DNA of 32,000 nt from an uncultured Clostridium sp. (GCA_948473335.1 CAOKXF010000003.1:46631-78630); one strand, 5' to 3'; counted from the first letter of the stretch, positions 1 through 11,301 are shown. Notes: generated from the letters alone by a model not told the origin. Numbers and translations are program-made.

Positions 1-1061
1 TGTTATTTGATACTTTTTTTATTTCTTCATTCTCTTCATTTATTTTTGTTTTTAAGTCTATTTTGTTTAATATTATTATATTCTTCTTATTTTTTATTAA
101 ATTTAATATTTGTAAATCATCTTCATCTAAATTTTTTGAACTATCAAAAATAGCTATGATTAAATCTGCGTCTTGTGCCATCTTTTTTGACTTTTCAATT
201 CCTATCTTTTCTACTGTGTCTGTTGCTTTCCTTATTCCAGCTGTATCTACTAGATTAATCGGTATACCATTTATATTAATCATTTCTTCAATTGTATCTC
301 TCGTTGTACCCTCTATTTCCGTAACAATTGCGCGTTCTTCTCTTAAGATTGCATTTAGCAAAGATGATTTTCCTGCGTTTGGTTTTCCTATTATAGCTGT
401 TTTTATACCATTTTTTATTATCTTGCCATCATCAAAGCTTTTTTCCAATGATATAAGCTTACTTTCAACTTTATCTAACATTTGTGTTGTCTCTTCTTTT
501 TGAACTTCTTCAACATCATATTCTGGATAATCAATAGATACTTCTATGTTAACTAGTAAATCAATTATATCCTGTTTTATCTCTTTTATCTTCTCTGATA
601 GAAATCCCTCTAAATGCCTTATTCCCGTAGCAACTTCTTTATCTGATTTAGCATTAATTATATCTATTACTGATTCTGCTTGAACTAAATCTATTCTTCC
701 ATTTAAAAAAGCTCTCTTTGTGAATTCCCCTGATTCCGCTAGCTTAGCTCCATTTTTTAAGCATAATTCTAATATCATTTTTACAATTACATTTCCTCCA
801 TGTGAATTTATCTCACACATATCCTCTGTTGTATAACTATGTGGTGATTTAAAATATGACACCAATACTTCATCTATTATTCTATCACCTTCAATTATAT
901 GCCCATACTTCATTGTATATCCTTTTATATTCTCTGTATCTTGTTTATTCTTTGGTTTAAAGACTTTGTCTAAAATTTGAAATGTTTTTTCTCCACTTAT
1001 TCTTATAATGCCAATTCCTCCTATTCCGAGGTGCCGTAGCTATTGATGCTATTGTACTCAT
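1..1061 (-). CDS. mnmE: tRNA modification GTPase MnmE (TrmE); 3' end cut by the window edge; reading frame broken near codon 12
   Basis: Minus-strand translation from ATG 1061-1059 (SD GGAG about 1069-1072) gives MSTIASIATAP. After a frame change at about 1028-1030 it continues GIGGIGIIRISGEK... with G-domain motifs GKPNAGKSSLLN, TTRD, DTAGIR, NKIDL. It is absent from the ORF track because it runs off the window. Confidence 0.85.
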
Positions 1062-1237
1062 TTTTTTCTCCTTTTCTTCATTTTTACTTACGGAAATAGC
1101 ATTTTACCGTTTTAAGCAATATAAAATCTTCCATAACAAAATGATAATACTTTATTTAAATATACATAATAAAAGTCAAAGACAGCAATCTATTTTTAGA
1201 TTGAAACCTGAACTTTGACTTCAAATTTCTTATTTAA

Positions 1238-1936
1238 TTATTTTTTGTTTCTTAATAATGCTATTACTATTCTTCTTCTAGGTTCTTCTCCTATACTATC
1301 TGTTGATATTCTTTTGTTATCTTGAAGTGCACTATGTATTATCTTTCTTTCATATGCTTGCATAGGTTCTAATGTTATTGATTTTCCTGTTTTCATTACT
1401 GTTTTTGCTGTTTTTATAGCTAAATCTTGTAAAGTTTTTTCCCTTTTCGCTTTATAATTTTCTATATCTAATCTTATAGTTACTCTATTTTCTAACCCCT
1501 TATTTGCTACTGAACTTAAAATTGTTTGTAATGCATATAATGTTTCTCCTCTATACCCTATTAGAATTCCTGAATTTTCTCCATTTATTGTTACTTCAAC
1601 CATATCTTTATTTCTTTTTATTTCATATGATTGACCTTCTAACATGTTTCTTGATAACTCTTTTAAAAATACTTCTATGTTTTCTTCAGCTTTCTTTAAT
1701 TCGCCTTCAGATATTATTATTTCTTTTCTTGGTTCTTTTTTATATGTTTTTGTTTCTTCTTTTAATGTCATTTCTACTCTTACAACTCTTGGCGCTAATA
1801 TACTAAAAAAACTCTTTTTTTCTTCATTTTCAAGTATTTTTATGCTTACATGTTCCTTTGTTGTTTTTAATTCTTTTAGTCCATTTTCTATTGCTTCATT
1901 TGTTGTCTTTCCTTCACTTATAATAGTTGTTGACAT
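1238..1936 (-). CDS. jag: Jag/KhpB RNA-binding protein (Jag_N, KH and R3H domains)
   Basis: 232-aa ORF with a C-terminal R3H-like IHSALQDNKRISTDSIGEEPRRRIVI; conserved position between yidC and mnmE. Confidence 0.85.
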   Translation of the reverse strand: MSTTIISEGKTTNEAIENGLKELKTTKEHVSIKILENEEKKSFFSILAPRVVRVEMTLKEETKTYKKEPRKEIIISEGELKKAEENIEVFLKELSRNMLEGQSYEIKRNKDMVEVTINGENSGILIGYRGETLYALQTILSSVANKGLENRVTIRLDIENYKAKREKTLQDLAIKTAKTVMKTGKSITLEPMQAYERKIIHSALQDNKRISTDSIGEEPRRRIVIALLRNKK

Positions 1937-1958
1937 CTTTTTCCCTCCTATTTTGACT

Positions 1959-2858
1959 TTAATTTTCTTCTTTTAATACTTTTTCTAATACTAGTTTTTC
2001 TATTAACATTAATATACTATTTACTAACCAGTATAGTGCTAGTCCTAAAGGAGCTATTAATGCTACTGTCAAGTACATTATAGGAAATACCATTGACATA
2101 TTTTTATTTACTTGATTCATTGCATCCATCATATCTTCTTTATTTTCTTCTTTTCCTTCTTCTTTTACTATCTCTTCCGCTGTTTTTTCTTTATCTTTTT
2201 TCTTGTTTTTATTTTGTGTATTCATTGTTACCTTCATTGTTATAAATGATATTATTACATATATAATTGGCAATATAAATACTTTCCAGTCTGATGTGTT
2301 TTTTGAAGGTATTTGACTTAAGTCTAATCCTAAAAAGTTCATATTTATTTGCATGTTATCTAATTCTTCTTGATTTATATCTTCCCTTTCAAGTTTCTTT
2401 ATAGCATTTGTATCCCTAATAATATCAATTTCAGGATAATTTGATTCAGTCGATAATTCTTCTTTTACTATTGTTTTATATTTATCTATAACTGCTGTAT
2501 CTATTTTTCTCATATATGTTAGTGGTGATTGTACTAAATAAAATACTGATAATAGTAATATTATTTGTATTATTGCACTAAAACATCCACTAAAAGGACT
2601 CATATTTTCTTCTTTATATAATCTAATCGTTTCTTGATTTAGCTTTTCTGGGTCATTCTTATACTTGAATTGTATTTCTTTCATTTTTTGTTGCATTTTT
2701 GTACTTTTTTTCATTGTTCTTTGCTGTTTTATTGATATTGGTAACATTACTGCTTTTATTATAATACAAAATATTATTATTGAAACTCCATAGTTTCCAA
2801 TTAAATTATATATAAAATTCAATAAATATCCAAATAAATTGGCAAAAAATGCCATCAT
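1959..2858 (-). CDS. yidC: membrane protein insertase YidC/OxaA/SpoIIIJ family
   Basis: 299-aa polytopic membrane ORF; PISIKQQRTMKKSTKMQ and MSPFSGC motifs typical of Firmicute YidC; synteny rnpA-yidD-yidC-jag. Confidence 0.9.
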   Translation of the reverse strand: MMAFFANLFGYLLNFIYNLIGNYGVSIIIFCIIIKAVMLPISIKQQRTMKKSTKMQQKMKEIQFKYKNDPEKLNQETIRLYKEENMSPFSGCFSAIIQIILLLSVFYLVQSPLTYMRKIDTAVIDKYKTIVKEELSTESNYPEIDIIRDTNAIKKLEREDINQEELDNMQINMNFLGLDLSQIPSKNTSDWKVFILPIIYVIISFITMKVTMNTQNKNKKKDKEKTAEEIVKEEGKEENKEDMMDAMNQVNKNMSMVFPIMYLTVALIAPLGLALYWLVNSILMLIEKLVLEKVLKEEN

Positions 2859-2873
2859 TTTAATTCCTCCATT

Positions 2874-3092
2874 CTATTTTAATGGATCATATCCTCCCTT
2901 TGAAAAGGGATTGCACCTTAATATTCGCCAAATACCTAACCTTACTCCTTTTATCGCTCCATATTTCTCTATTGCTTGTATAGTGTATTCTGAACATGTT
3001 GGATAATATTTACATTTTATATTTTGGCTATGTAACCATAGCGATATGTTGTTTTGATACCATTTTATTATTTTTATTAGTATTCTTTTCAT
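2874..3092 (-). CDS. yidD: membrane protein insertion efficiency factor YidD
   Basis: 72 aa; YYPTCSEY ... [12 protein letters not shown] signature; sits between rnpA and yidC. Confidence 0.9.
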   Translation of the reverse strand: MKRILIKIIKWYQNNISLWLHSQNIKCKYYPTCSEYTIQAIEKYGAIKGVRLGIWRILRCNPFSKGGYDPLK

Positions 3093-3093
3093 A

Positions 3094-3441
3094 TTACTCT
3101 TCTATTAAAATTTTAGCTTTATCTAATATTTTTATTATATCTTTCTCAATATTTTTAAAAGTTGCATTTTCTATACTTTGTTGCTTTTTCCATAGAATCA
3201 CTATTGATTGTCCATCTTTAATATCATTTTCATATTTATAGTAGTTTTCTCTTATTAATCTTTTTATTTTATTCCTTTTAACAGCTTTCCCTACTTTAGT
3301 GCTGATTGCTATTCCTAAGTAATTAGAATTTCTTTTATTTCCTAATATAAATGTTTCTATGTACTTTCCTGAATAATATTTTCCTTTTGATAAAACTTTT
3401 CTAAATTCATAATTCTTTTTTAACATTTTTGTTTTTTTCAT
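3094..3441 (-). CDS. rnpA: ribonuclease P protein component
   Basis: 115 aa, basic; [17 protein letters not shown]-like motif; directly downstream of rpmH. Confidence 0.9.
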   Translation of the reverse strand: MKKTKMLKKNYEFRKVLSKGKYYSGKYIETFILGNKRNSNYLGIAISTKVGKAVKRNKIKRLIRENYYKYENDIKDGQSIVILWKKQQSIENATFKNIEKDIIKILDKAKILIEE

Positions 3442-3490
3442 GTTTCTTCTTCCATTCCATATTTTTATAAGCTAAGAAAAAAGAAACCTA

Positions 3491-3511
3491 AAGCTCATTA
3501 TAAATGAGCTT
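3491..3511 (-). terminator. hairpin plus T-run between rpmH and rnpA (attenuating terminator)
   Basis: AAGCTCATT / AATGAGCTT inverted repeat, followed on the minus strand by a T-rich tract. Confidence 0.5.
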
Positions 3512-3515
3512 GTTT

Positions 3516-3650
3516 TTAAGCACAGATTTTTTTTCTTCCTTTAGCTCTTCTTGCTTTTAATACGTTTCTTCCTGCTCTTGTTTTCATTCTCTTCATAAAT
3601 CCATGTTCTTTCTTTTCTTGTCTTTTTTTAGGTTGAAATGTTCTTTTCAT
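3516..3650 (-). CDS. rpmH: 50S ribosomal protein L34
   Basis: Manual translation gives [44 protein letters not shown] (44 aa). It is too short for the ORF track. It is divergent from dnaA, as in most bacteria. Confidence 0.95.
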   Translation of the reverse strand: MKRTFQPKKRQEKKEHGFMKRMKTRAGRNVLKARRAKGRKKICA

Positions 3651-4024
3651 TTTAGCACCTCCTATTTTTATCTTTTATTTATTTCTCTTGTTTCTTTACA
3701 AATTTTAAGAAATTTTTCTTTGCAATTATACGGAAATCTGTATTTCCATTCTTTTTCTGATGTTTACTTGCTTTTTATGTATGAAAAAATCTCTTCTTTC
3801 CTTACGCAAATACAACAAGTAGAACAATTATATAATACTTATGTTTATTTTGTCAAGTGATTTAACTTTTTTTATAATTTTTTTTTTATTAGACAAAAAA
3901 CTCTTGCTTTTTGTTTTTTTTTGTTATATATTTATACTTACTATATGGATTTTTACTACGGAACTACGAAAGATGAATAATAATGAAAGATATTTTATAA
4001 ACTGCTTGAAAGGATGTTTTTACC

Positions 4025-5377
4025 ATGCCTATAGATAAAGAGGAATTATTATCAAAAACAAAAGAACTATTAAAAGATGAAGTTACAACAATTACATATC
4101 AAACTTGGATACAACCTCTTGAGATAGAGAGTATAGAAAACAACCATATTGTATTCAAAGCAGTATCAGAATATCATAAAGATTCTATAGAAAATAGATA
4201 TTCTCCATTGATATTAAATACTCTAAAATTTATAACCAATATAGATTGGTCTTTTTCTGTTGTTTGGAAAGATGAAGTTTCCTCAACTGATCCTGTTATA
4301 TCATCAGAAAAAGAAATAGATACAAATGCAGATGTAACCCAGTATACAAATAAAACACTAAATCCAAAGTACAATTTTGATACATTTGTAGTAGGGAATA
4401 ACAATAGATTTGCACATGCAGCAGCACTAGCCGTAGGGGACAAGCCTGGAGAAGATTATAATCCTTTATTCCTTTACGGAGGAGTAGGTTTAGGGAAAAC
4501 TCATTTAATGCATGCAATAGGAAATAAAATATTAGAAAAAAACAAAAAAGCAAAAGTCTTATATGTAACTTCAGAAAATTTTACAAATCAATTAATAAAT
4601 GCAATAAAAGATTACAAAAATGAAGTATTCAGAAATAAATATAGAAACATAGATGTACTATTAATAGATGATATACAATTTATAAGTGGAAAAGATAGAG
4701 TTCAAGAAGAATTTTTCCACACATTCAATACATTACATGAGAATGGAAAACAAATTATTATATCAAGTGATAAAGCACCAAAGGATATAGCATTATTAGA
4801 AGATAGATTAAAATCGAGATTTGAATGGGGTTTACTAGCAGATTTATCCAGTCCAGATTATGAAACTCGTCTAGCCATATTGAGAAAAAAAGCACAAGAA
4901 GAAAACATAATAGTAGATGATTTCATTTTATCAAATATAGCAAATAAAATAGATTCAAATATCAGAGAGCTAGAAGGAGTTTTTAACAAAATAGTAGCAC
5001 GTGCTTCTCTTACGCATAGCCCTATTACAATAGAATTAGCAGAGAAAACTATAAATGAATTTAAAGCGCAAAGTGAAAAAGTGATATCAGCTGACTTTAT
5101 AAAAGAAAAAGTGGCAAAATACTTTAGTATTGATAAAGATGATTTATCAAGTGACAAAAGATCAAATAATATAGCATACCCAAGACAAATAGCTATGTAT
5201 TTATGTAGAGAAGTAGCAAATTTATCTTTTCCTAAGATTGGAGAAGAGTTTGGCAATAGAGATCATTCAACAGTTATGCATGCATATAAAAAAATAGAAA
5301 AAGAAGTAAAGTCAGAAAATAATACCAAGCTAATTGTGGAAAGTGTTAAAAATATCATTATTGGAGAGGAACAATAA
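4025..5377 (+). CDS. dnaA: chromosomal replication initiator protein DnaA
   Basis: 450 aa; Walker A GGVGLGKTHL, LLIDDIQF, C-terminal DNA-binding domain DHSTVMHAYKKI. Confidence 0.97.
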   Translation: MPIDKEELLSKTKELLKDEVTTITYQTWIQPLEIESIENNHIVFKAVSEYHKDSIENRYSPLILNTLKFITNIDWSFSVVWKDEVSSTDPVISSEKEIDTNADVTQYTNKTLNPKYNFDTFVVGNNNRFAHAAALAVGDKPGEDYNPLFLYGGVGLGKTHLMHAIGNKILEKNKKAKVLYVTSENFTNQLINAIKDYKNEVFRNKYRNIDVLLIDDIQFISGKDRVQEEFFHTFNTLHENGKQIIISSDKAPKDIALLEDRLKSRFEWGLLADLSSPDYETRLAILRKKAQEENIIVDDFILSNIANKIDSNIRELEGVFNKIVARASLTHSPITIELAEKTINEFKAQSEKVISADFIKEKVAKYFSIDKDDLSSDKRSNNIAYPRQIAMYLCREVANLSFPKIGEEFGNRDHSTVMHAYKKIEKEVKSENNTKLIVESVKNIIIGEEQ

Positions 5378-5488
5378 TAAAATAAAAGAAAAATAAACTT
5401 TTACAAAAAACAAGTTTGCAAAAATAAATGTTTGTCAAACAAAAACGTTCCTCTTCTTACGGAACAGCTACATTAGATATCAACATGC

Positions 5489-5642
5489 AATTGTGGAAAG
5501 TGTGTTGACACAATGTGGGAAACTAAGTTTTACACATTTGTAATATAATTGTGTGGAAATTGTAATAAGTTATCCACTAAGTTATACACAGAAGTTTTGC
5601 TAGGGATATGAACTTTCAACAAAGTTTTCCACATTATCCACA
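5489..5642. promoter_or_regulatory. oriC DnaA-box cluster (dnaA-dnaN intergenic)
   Basis: Matches to TTATCCACA: perfect at 5634-5642, abutted head-to-tail by TTTTCCACA 5625-5633. One mismatch: TTATCCACT 5570-5578 and TTATACACA 5582-5590. Two mismatches: 5492-5500, 5514-5522, 5528-5536 and 5552-5560. Confidence 0.85.
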
Positions 5643-5646
5643 GCAC

Positions 5647-5664
5647 CTACTACTACTACTACTA
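5647..5664. repeat. DnaA-trio array: (CTA)6 on the top strand, which is six 3'-GAT-5' trios on the bottom strand
   Basis: TTATCCACA-GCAC-CTACTACTACTACTACTA-AAAATATTAAATAAATT, that is box, short GC spacer, trios, then an AT-rich tract. Confidence 0.75.
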
Positions 5665-5699
5665 AAAATATTAAATAAATTATGAAGGAGATGCGTCAA

Positions 5700-6815
5700 A
5701 TGAAAATAGTTTGTTACAAGGATACAATCCTTAAAGCTATTAATTCCGTAGTAAAAGCTGTAGCATCAAAAACTACAATGCCTATATTAGAAGGAATATT
5801 AATTCAAACTAATGAAGAAGAAATCAAATTAACAACTTATGATTTAGAAATAGGTATAGAATATATAATGAAATGTGAAGTAATAGAACAAGGAAGCGTA
5901 GTTGTTAATGCTATCATGTTTAGTGAAATAATAAGAAAACTACCAGATAGTGAAATTAATATTACATTAAATAATAACAATTTACTAGTAATCGAATGTG
6001 AAGGAGCTTTATACAAATTAACAACAATGAATCCAGATGAATTTCCAGAGCTACCAAAAATTGAGGTGGAAAATTCTATTGAATTAGAACAAGGATTACT
6101 AAAAAATATGATAAGAAAAACAATATTTGCTGTAAGTTCAGAAGAAAATAGACCAATATTCACAGGATGTTTATTTGAAGTGGAAAACAATAAACTAAAT
6201 TTAGTTGCTGTTGACGGTTTTAGATTAGCATTAAGAGGAACTTATTTACAAAATAAATCAAATGACTTTTCAGCAGTTATACCTGGAAAAACTTTAAATG
6301 AAGTTAATAAAATTTTATTAGATACTTTTGAAAATGTAAAAATAGGAATATCGAAAAATCAAGCCTTGTTTGAAATGGATAATTGTAAAGTTGTTACTAG
6401 AATATTAGATGGAGAATTTTTAAATTATAGAACAGTAATACCAAATAATTGGGAAACAAGAATAAAAGTAAATAAAAATAATTTACAAAATAGTTTTGAA
6501 AGAATAAGTTTAATTGCTGCATCTTCTGTAGAGAAGGAAAAAAAGTATCCAGTTAAAGTTTCCGTAGACATTGGTAAAGTTATAATATCATGTACTAATC
6601 AAACTGGAGATGCAAAAGAAGAATTATTTGTTTCTTCTGAGGGAAAAAATATAGAGGCAGGATTCAACCCAAGATATTTCTTAGATAGTTTAAAAGCTAT
6701 TGATGAAGAAGAAATATATGTAGAATTCGGAAGTAACATTTCACCATGTTTAGTTAAGTCTGCTGAAAATAATGACTATATATATATGATATTACCAATT
6801 AGATTAAAAGATTAA
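5700..6815 (+). CDS. dnaN: DNA polymerase III beta sliding clamp
   Basis: The ORF track opens at 5682. ATG 5700 (MKIVCYKD...) lies 9 nt after GAAGGAG 5684-5690 and is the more likely start. Three-domain clamp length, with the usual position after dnaA. Confidence 0.93.
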   Translation: MKIVCYKDTILKAINSVVKAVASKTTMPILEGILIQTNEEEIKLTTYDLEIGIEYIMKCEVIEQGSVVVNAIMFSEIIRKLPDSEINITLNNNNLLVIECEGALYKLTTMNPDEFPELPKIEVENSIELEQGLLKNMIRKTIFAVSSEENRPIFTGCLFEVENNKLNLVAVDGFRLALRGTYLQNKSNDFSAVIPGKTLNEVNKILLDTFENVKIGISKNQALFEMDNCKVVTRILDGEFLNYRTVIPNNWETRIKVNKNNLQNSFERISLIAASSVEKEKKYPVKVSVDIGKVIISCTNQTGDAKEELFVSSEGKNIEAGFNPRYFLDSLKAIDEEEIYVEFGSNISPCLVKSAENNDYIYMILPIRLKD

Positions 6816-6949
6816 AAATATAAAAATTAATTAAATAAAAAATAATTATAAAAATAAATTAATAAATAATAATTATAAATAAAATTAATCAAATAAAAAA
6901 TAATTGAATAAAAATTTAACTAATAAAAAAATAATTAAAATAAAAAAAG

Positions 6950-6971
6950 TTATACACAATTGGAGAACAGA

Positions 6972-6981
<10 letters not shown>
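6950..6981. promoter_or_regulatory. inverted DnaA-box pair overlapping the recF SD and start codon
   Basis: TTATACACA (6950-6958), N14, TGTGGATAA (6973-6981, perfect reverse consensus). The recF ATG is at 6972. Confidence 0.55.
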
Positions 6982-9984
<3,003 letters not shown>

Positions 9985-9998
9985 TAATTGATAAAATT

Positions 9999-10021
9999 AA
10001 GAGCAGGATTGTCCTGCTCTT
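9999..10021 (+). terminator. GC-containing hairpin just after the gyrB stop
   Basis: AAGAGCAGG-ATTGT-CCTGCTCTT. The downstream T-tract is weak, so termination efficiency is uncertain. Confidence 0.55.
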
Positions 10022-10575
10022 ATCCATAAAACTAATAATAATTTACTGCTAAAACCAATATACATAATTTTTGAATCTAATATATATTACTATATAAATA
10101 AACTCTCAACCACATATATTCATCAGTTGCTCGACTAATAATACACTCATAAAAACCATATTCATCCCAATGGGACTATTAACAATCCTTATTAAATATA
10201 AAATTAATCTTATCTCAAATATATTACATATAATTTAACCATATAGATTTATAAATAGTAATTATTTATAGATACAGCTTACATACACATAATATATTCT
10301 TATCGCCGACATATAATAATCCATAAAAATGAACTATTATATATCTTTGCCCGAATAATAATAAACTAATTATAATCTATTAATACTCTTGGAACAACTA
10401 TTATTAATCTTATGGTATTATTATGTGTATTTTATTTTTTTTTATTCAATTTATAATTATGAAAATTATGGAATATAAATTAAATTAAAAATATAAATAT
10501 TTATTTTATTAATTATATAATAAATATTTTTTATAATTAATAAATAATCAATAAAAAATAAATTAATTTTTTATT

Positions 10576-10591
10576 TGTCGAAAAATGTCGA
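10576..10591 (+). promoter_or_regulatory. direct repeat TGTCGA-AAAA-TGTCGA (candidate operator, T4SS block 1)
   Basis: This is the only CG-containing element in several hundred bp of near-pure AT. It has a 10-bp period and lies 30 bp upstream of the candidate -35. A near-identical copy lies upstream of block 2. Confidence 0.5.
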
Positions 10592-10620
10592 TGAAAAAAT
10601 AATATAAATATAAAAAACTA

Positions 10621-10649
10621 TTGCAAAAGGAATATTAATTTGTTAATAT
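10621..10649 (+). promoter_or_regulatory. candidate sigma-A promoter for T4SS block 1
   Basis: TTGCAA, 17 bp, TAATAT. It lies about 90 bp upstream of the first cistron. Confidence 0.4.
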
Positions 10650-10737
10650 ATTTCTATAAATTTTTTAGTAATATTTTTTCAAAAGTTTAATTCGAATTTT
10701 TAATTCTATTTTATCAAAAAAATAAAGGAGGTAAAAA

Positions 10738-11301
10738 ATAAAAAACAAATATAAAATAATTCAAGACTGGATTCCTATAAATGAAATATTGGAAGAAGGA
10801 ATTATTAAATTAAAAAATAATAATTATATAAAAGTATTAAAAATAAAACCAATTAATTTTAATTTAAAATCTAATTTAGAAAAAGAATCAATTTTAAATT
10901 CATATAAAAATTTTTTAAAAGCATGTAATTTTGATATTCAAATATTAATTCAAAGTAAAAAAGAAGATTTATCAAATCATTTTTCCAAAATAAAAAATAA
11001 TTTAGAAAAAGAAAAAAATAATATATTAAATAATTATTATGATGAATATTTTTATTTTATTAATAAATTAAATAATGAAAAGAAATCATCATCAAAAAAT
11101 ATTTTATTAATAATTAAAAATAATAATATTGAAAATAATTCTTCAGAAGAAATAATAATTCAAGAATTAAATGATAAATATTTTAAAATAAAAGATTATT
11201 TATCAAGATGTGGTAATAATGTATTTGAAATAAAAAAAGAAGAATTAATTAATATTTTATTTTCTTATTTTAATATTAATAAATATCAAAAAATAAATTA
11301 A
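10738..11301 (+). CDS. VirB4-family ATPase, N-terminal segment as a separate cistron (apparent ATA start)
   Basis: The frame is open from 10735. IKNKYKIIQDWIPINEILEEGIIKLKNNNYIKVLKIKPINFNLKSNLEKESILNSY matches the N-terminal signature of Firmicute VirB4 proteins (CD1110/Tn916-Orf16 type). That motif lies upstream of the first TTG (10789). AAAGGAGG precedes ATA 10738 by 6 nt. Confidence 0.65.
   Translation: MKNKYKIIQDWIPINEILEEGIIKLKNNNYIKVLKIKPINFNLKSNLEKESILNSYKNFLKACNFDIQILIQSKKEDLSNHFSKIKNNLEKEKNNILNNYYDEYFYFINKLNNEKKSSSKNILLIIKNNNIENNSSEEIIIQELNDKYFKIKDYLSRCGNNVFEIKKEELINILFSYFNINKYQKIN

Noticed and set aside
63-503. A 146-aa plus-strand ORF, and many similar track ORFs: 1504-1806, 1644-1976, 2996-3241, 3603-3860, 3841-4038, 4174-4443, 4296-4553, 4858-5256, 5837-6190, 7838-8329, 8969-9190, 12079-12264, 15331-15588, 15429-15611, 15994-16185, 16681-16977, 17119-17523, 17737-18006, 18135-18329, 18519-18800, 18882-19088, 19274-19549, 22681-22875, 26392-26643, 27688-27897 and 31352-31633.
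   Set aside because: Almost all lie antisense to, or out of frame within, well-supported conserved genes. Three (3603-3860, 3841-4038 and 15331-15588) lie mostly in intergenic DNA and overlap a gene only at one end. All encode low-complexity F/L/I/S-rich peptides typical of shadow frames in AT-rich DNA, and none has a convincing SD.
1025-1035. Programmed +1 ribosomal frameshift as the explanation for the mnmE frame break (the rare CGG codon follows CCT).
   Set aside because: There is no slippery sequence allowing P-site tRNA re-pairing (CCU to CUC). There is no upstream SD-like stimulator and no known precedent in mnmE. A mutation or assembly error is more parsimonious.
1086-1110. A recurrent ACGGAA/TTACGGAA-type motif in several intergenic regions (1089, 3730, 3957, 5458, and the reverse complement at 31795), as a possible regulator site.
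   Set aside because: The copies share only a 5-6 nt core, with different contexts, spacings and partner half-sites. The same core also occurs in coding sequence (for example 7625). I could not derive a consistent longer motif.
10018-10030. TTATCC(A/G)T shared by the left edge (10019-10026) and right side (15339-15346, 15490-15497) of block 1, as possible insertion direct repeats or att sites.
   Set aside because: Only 7-8 nt match, with a mismatch, and there are several copies at inconsistent positions. This is indistinguishable from chance.
10440-10560. Repetitive-looking A/T stretches here, and at 6816-6948, as possible CRISPR arrays or tandem repeats.
   Set aside because: They have no constant-length repeat and unique-spacer organisation and no GC-containing repeat core. 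They are low-complexity A/T DNA in which approximate repeats arise by chance.
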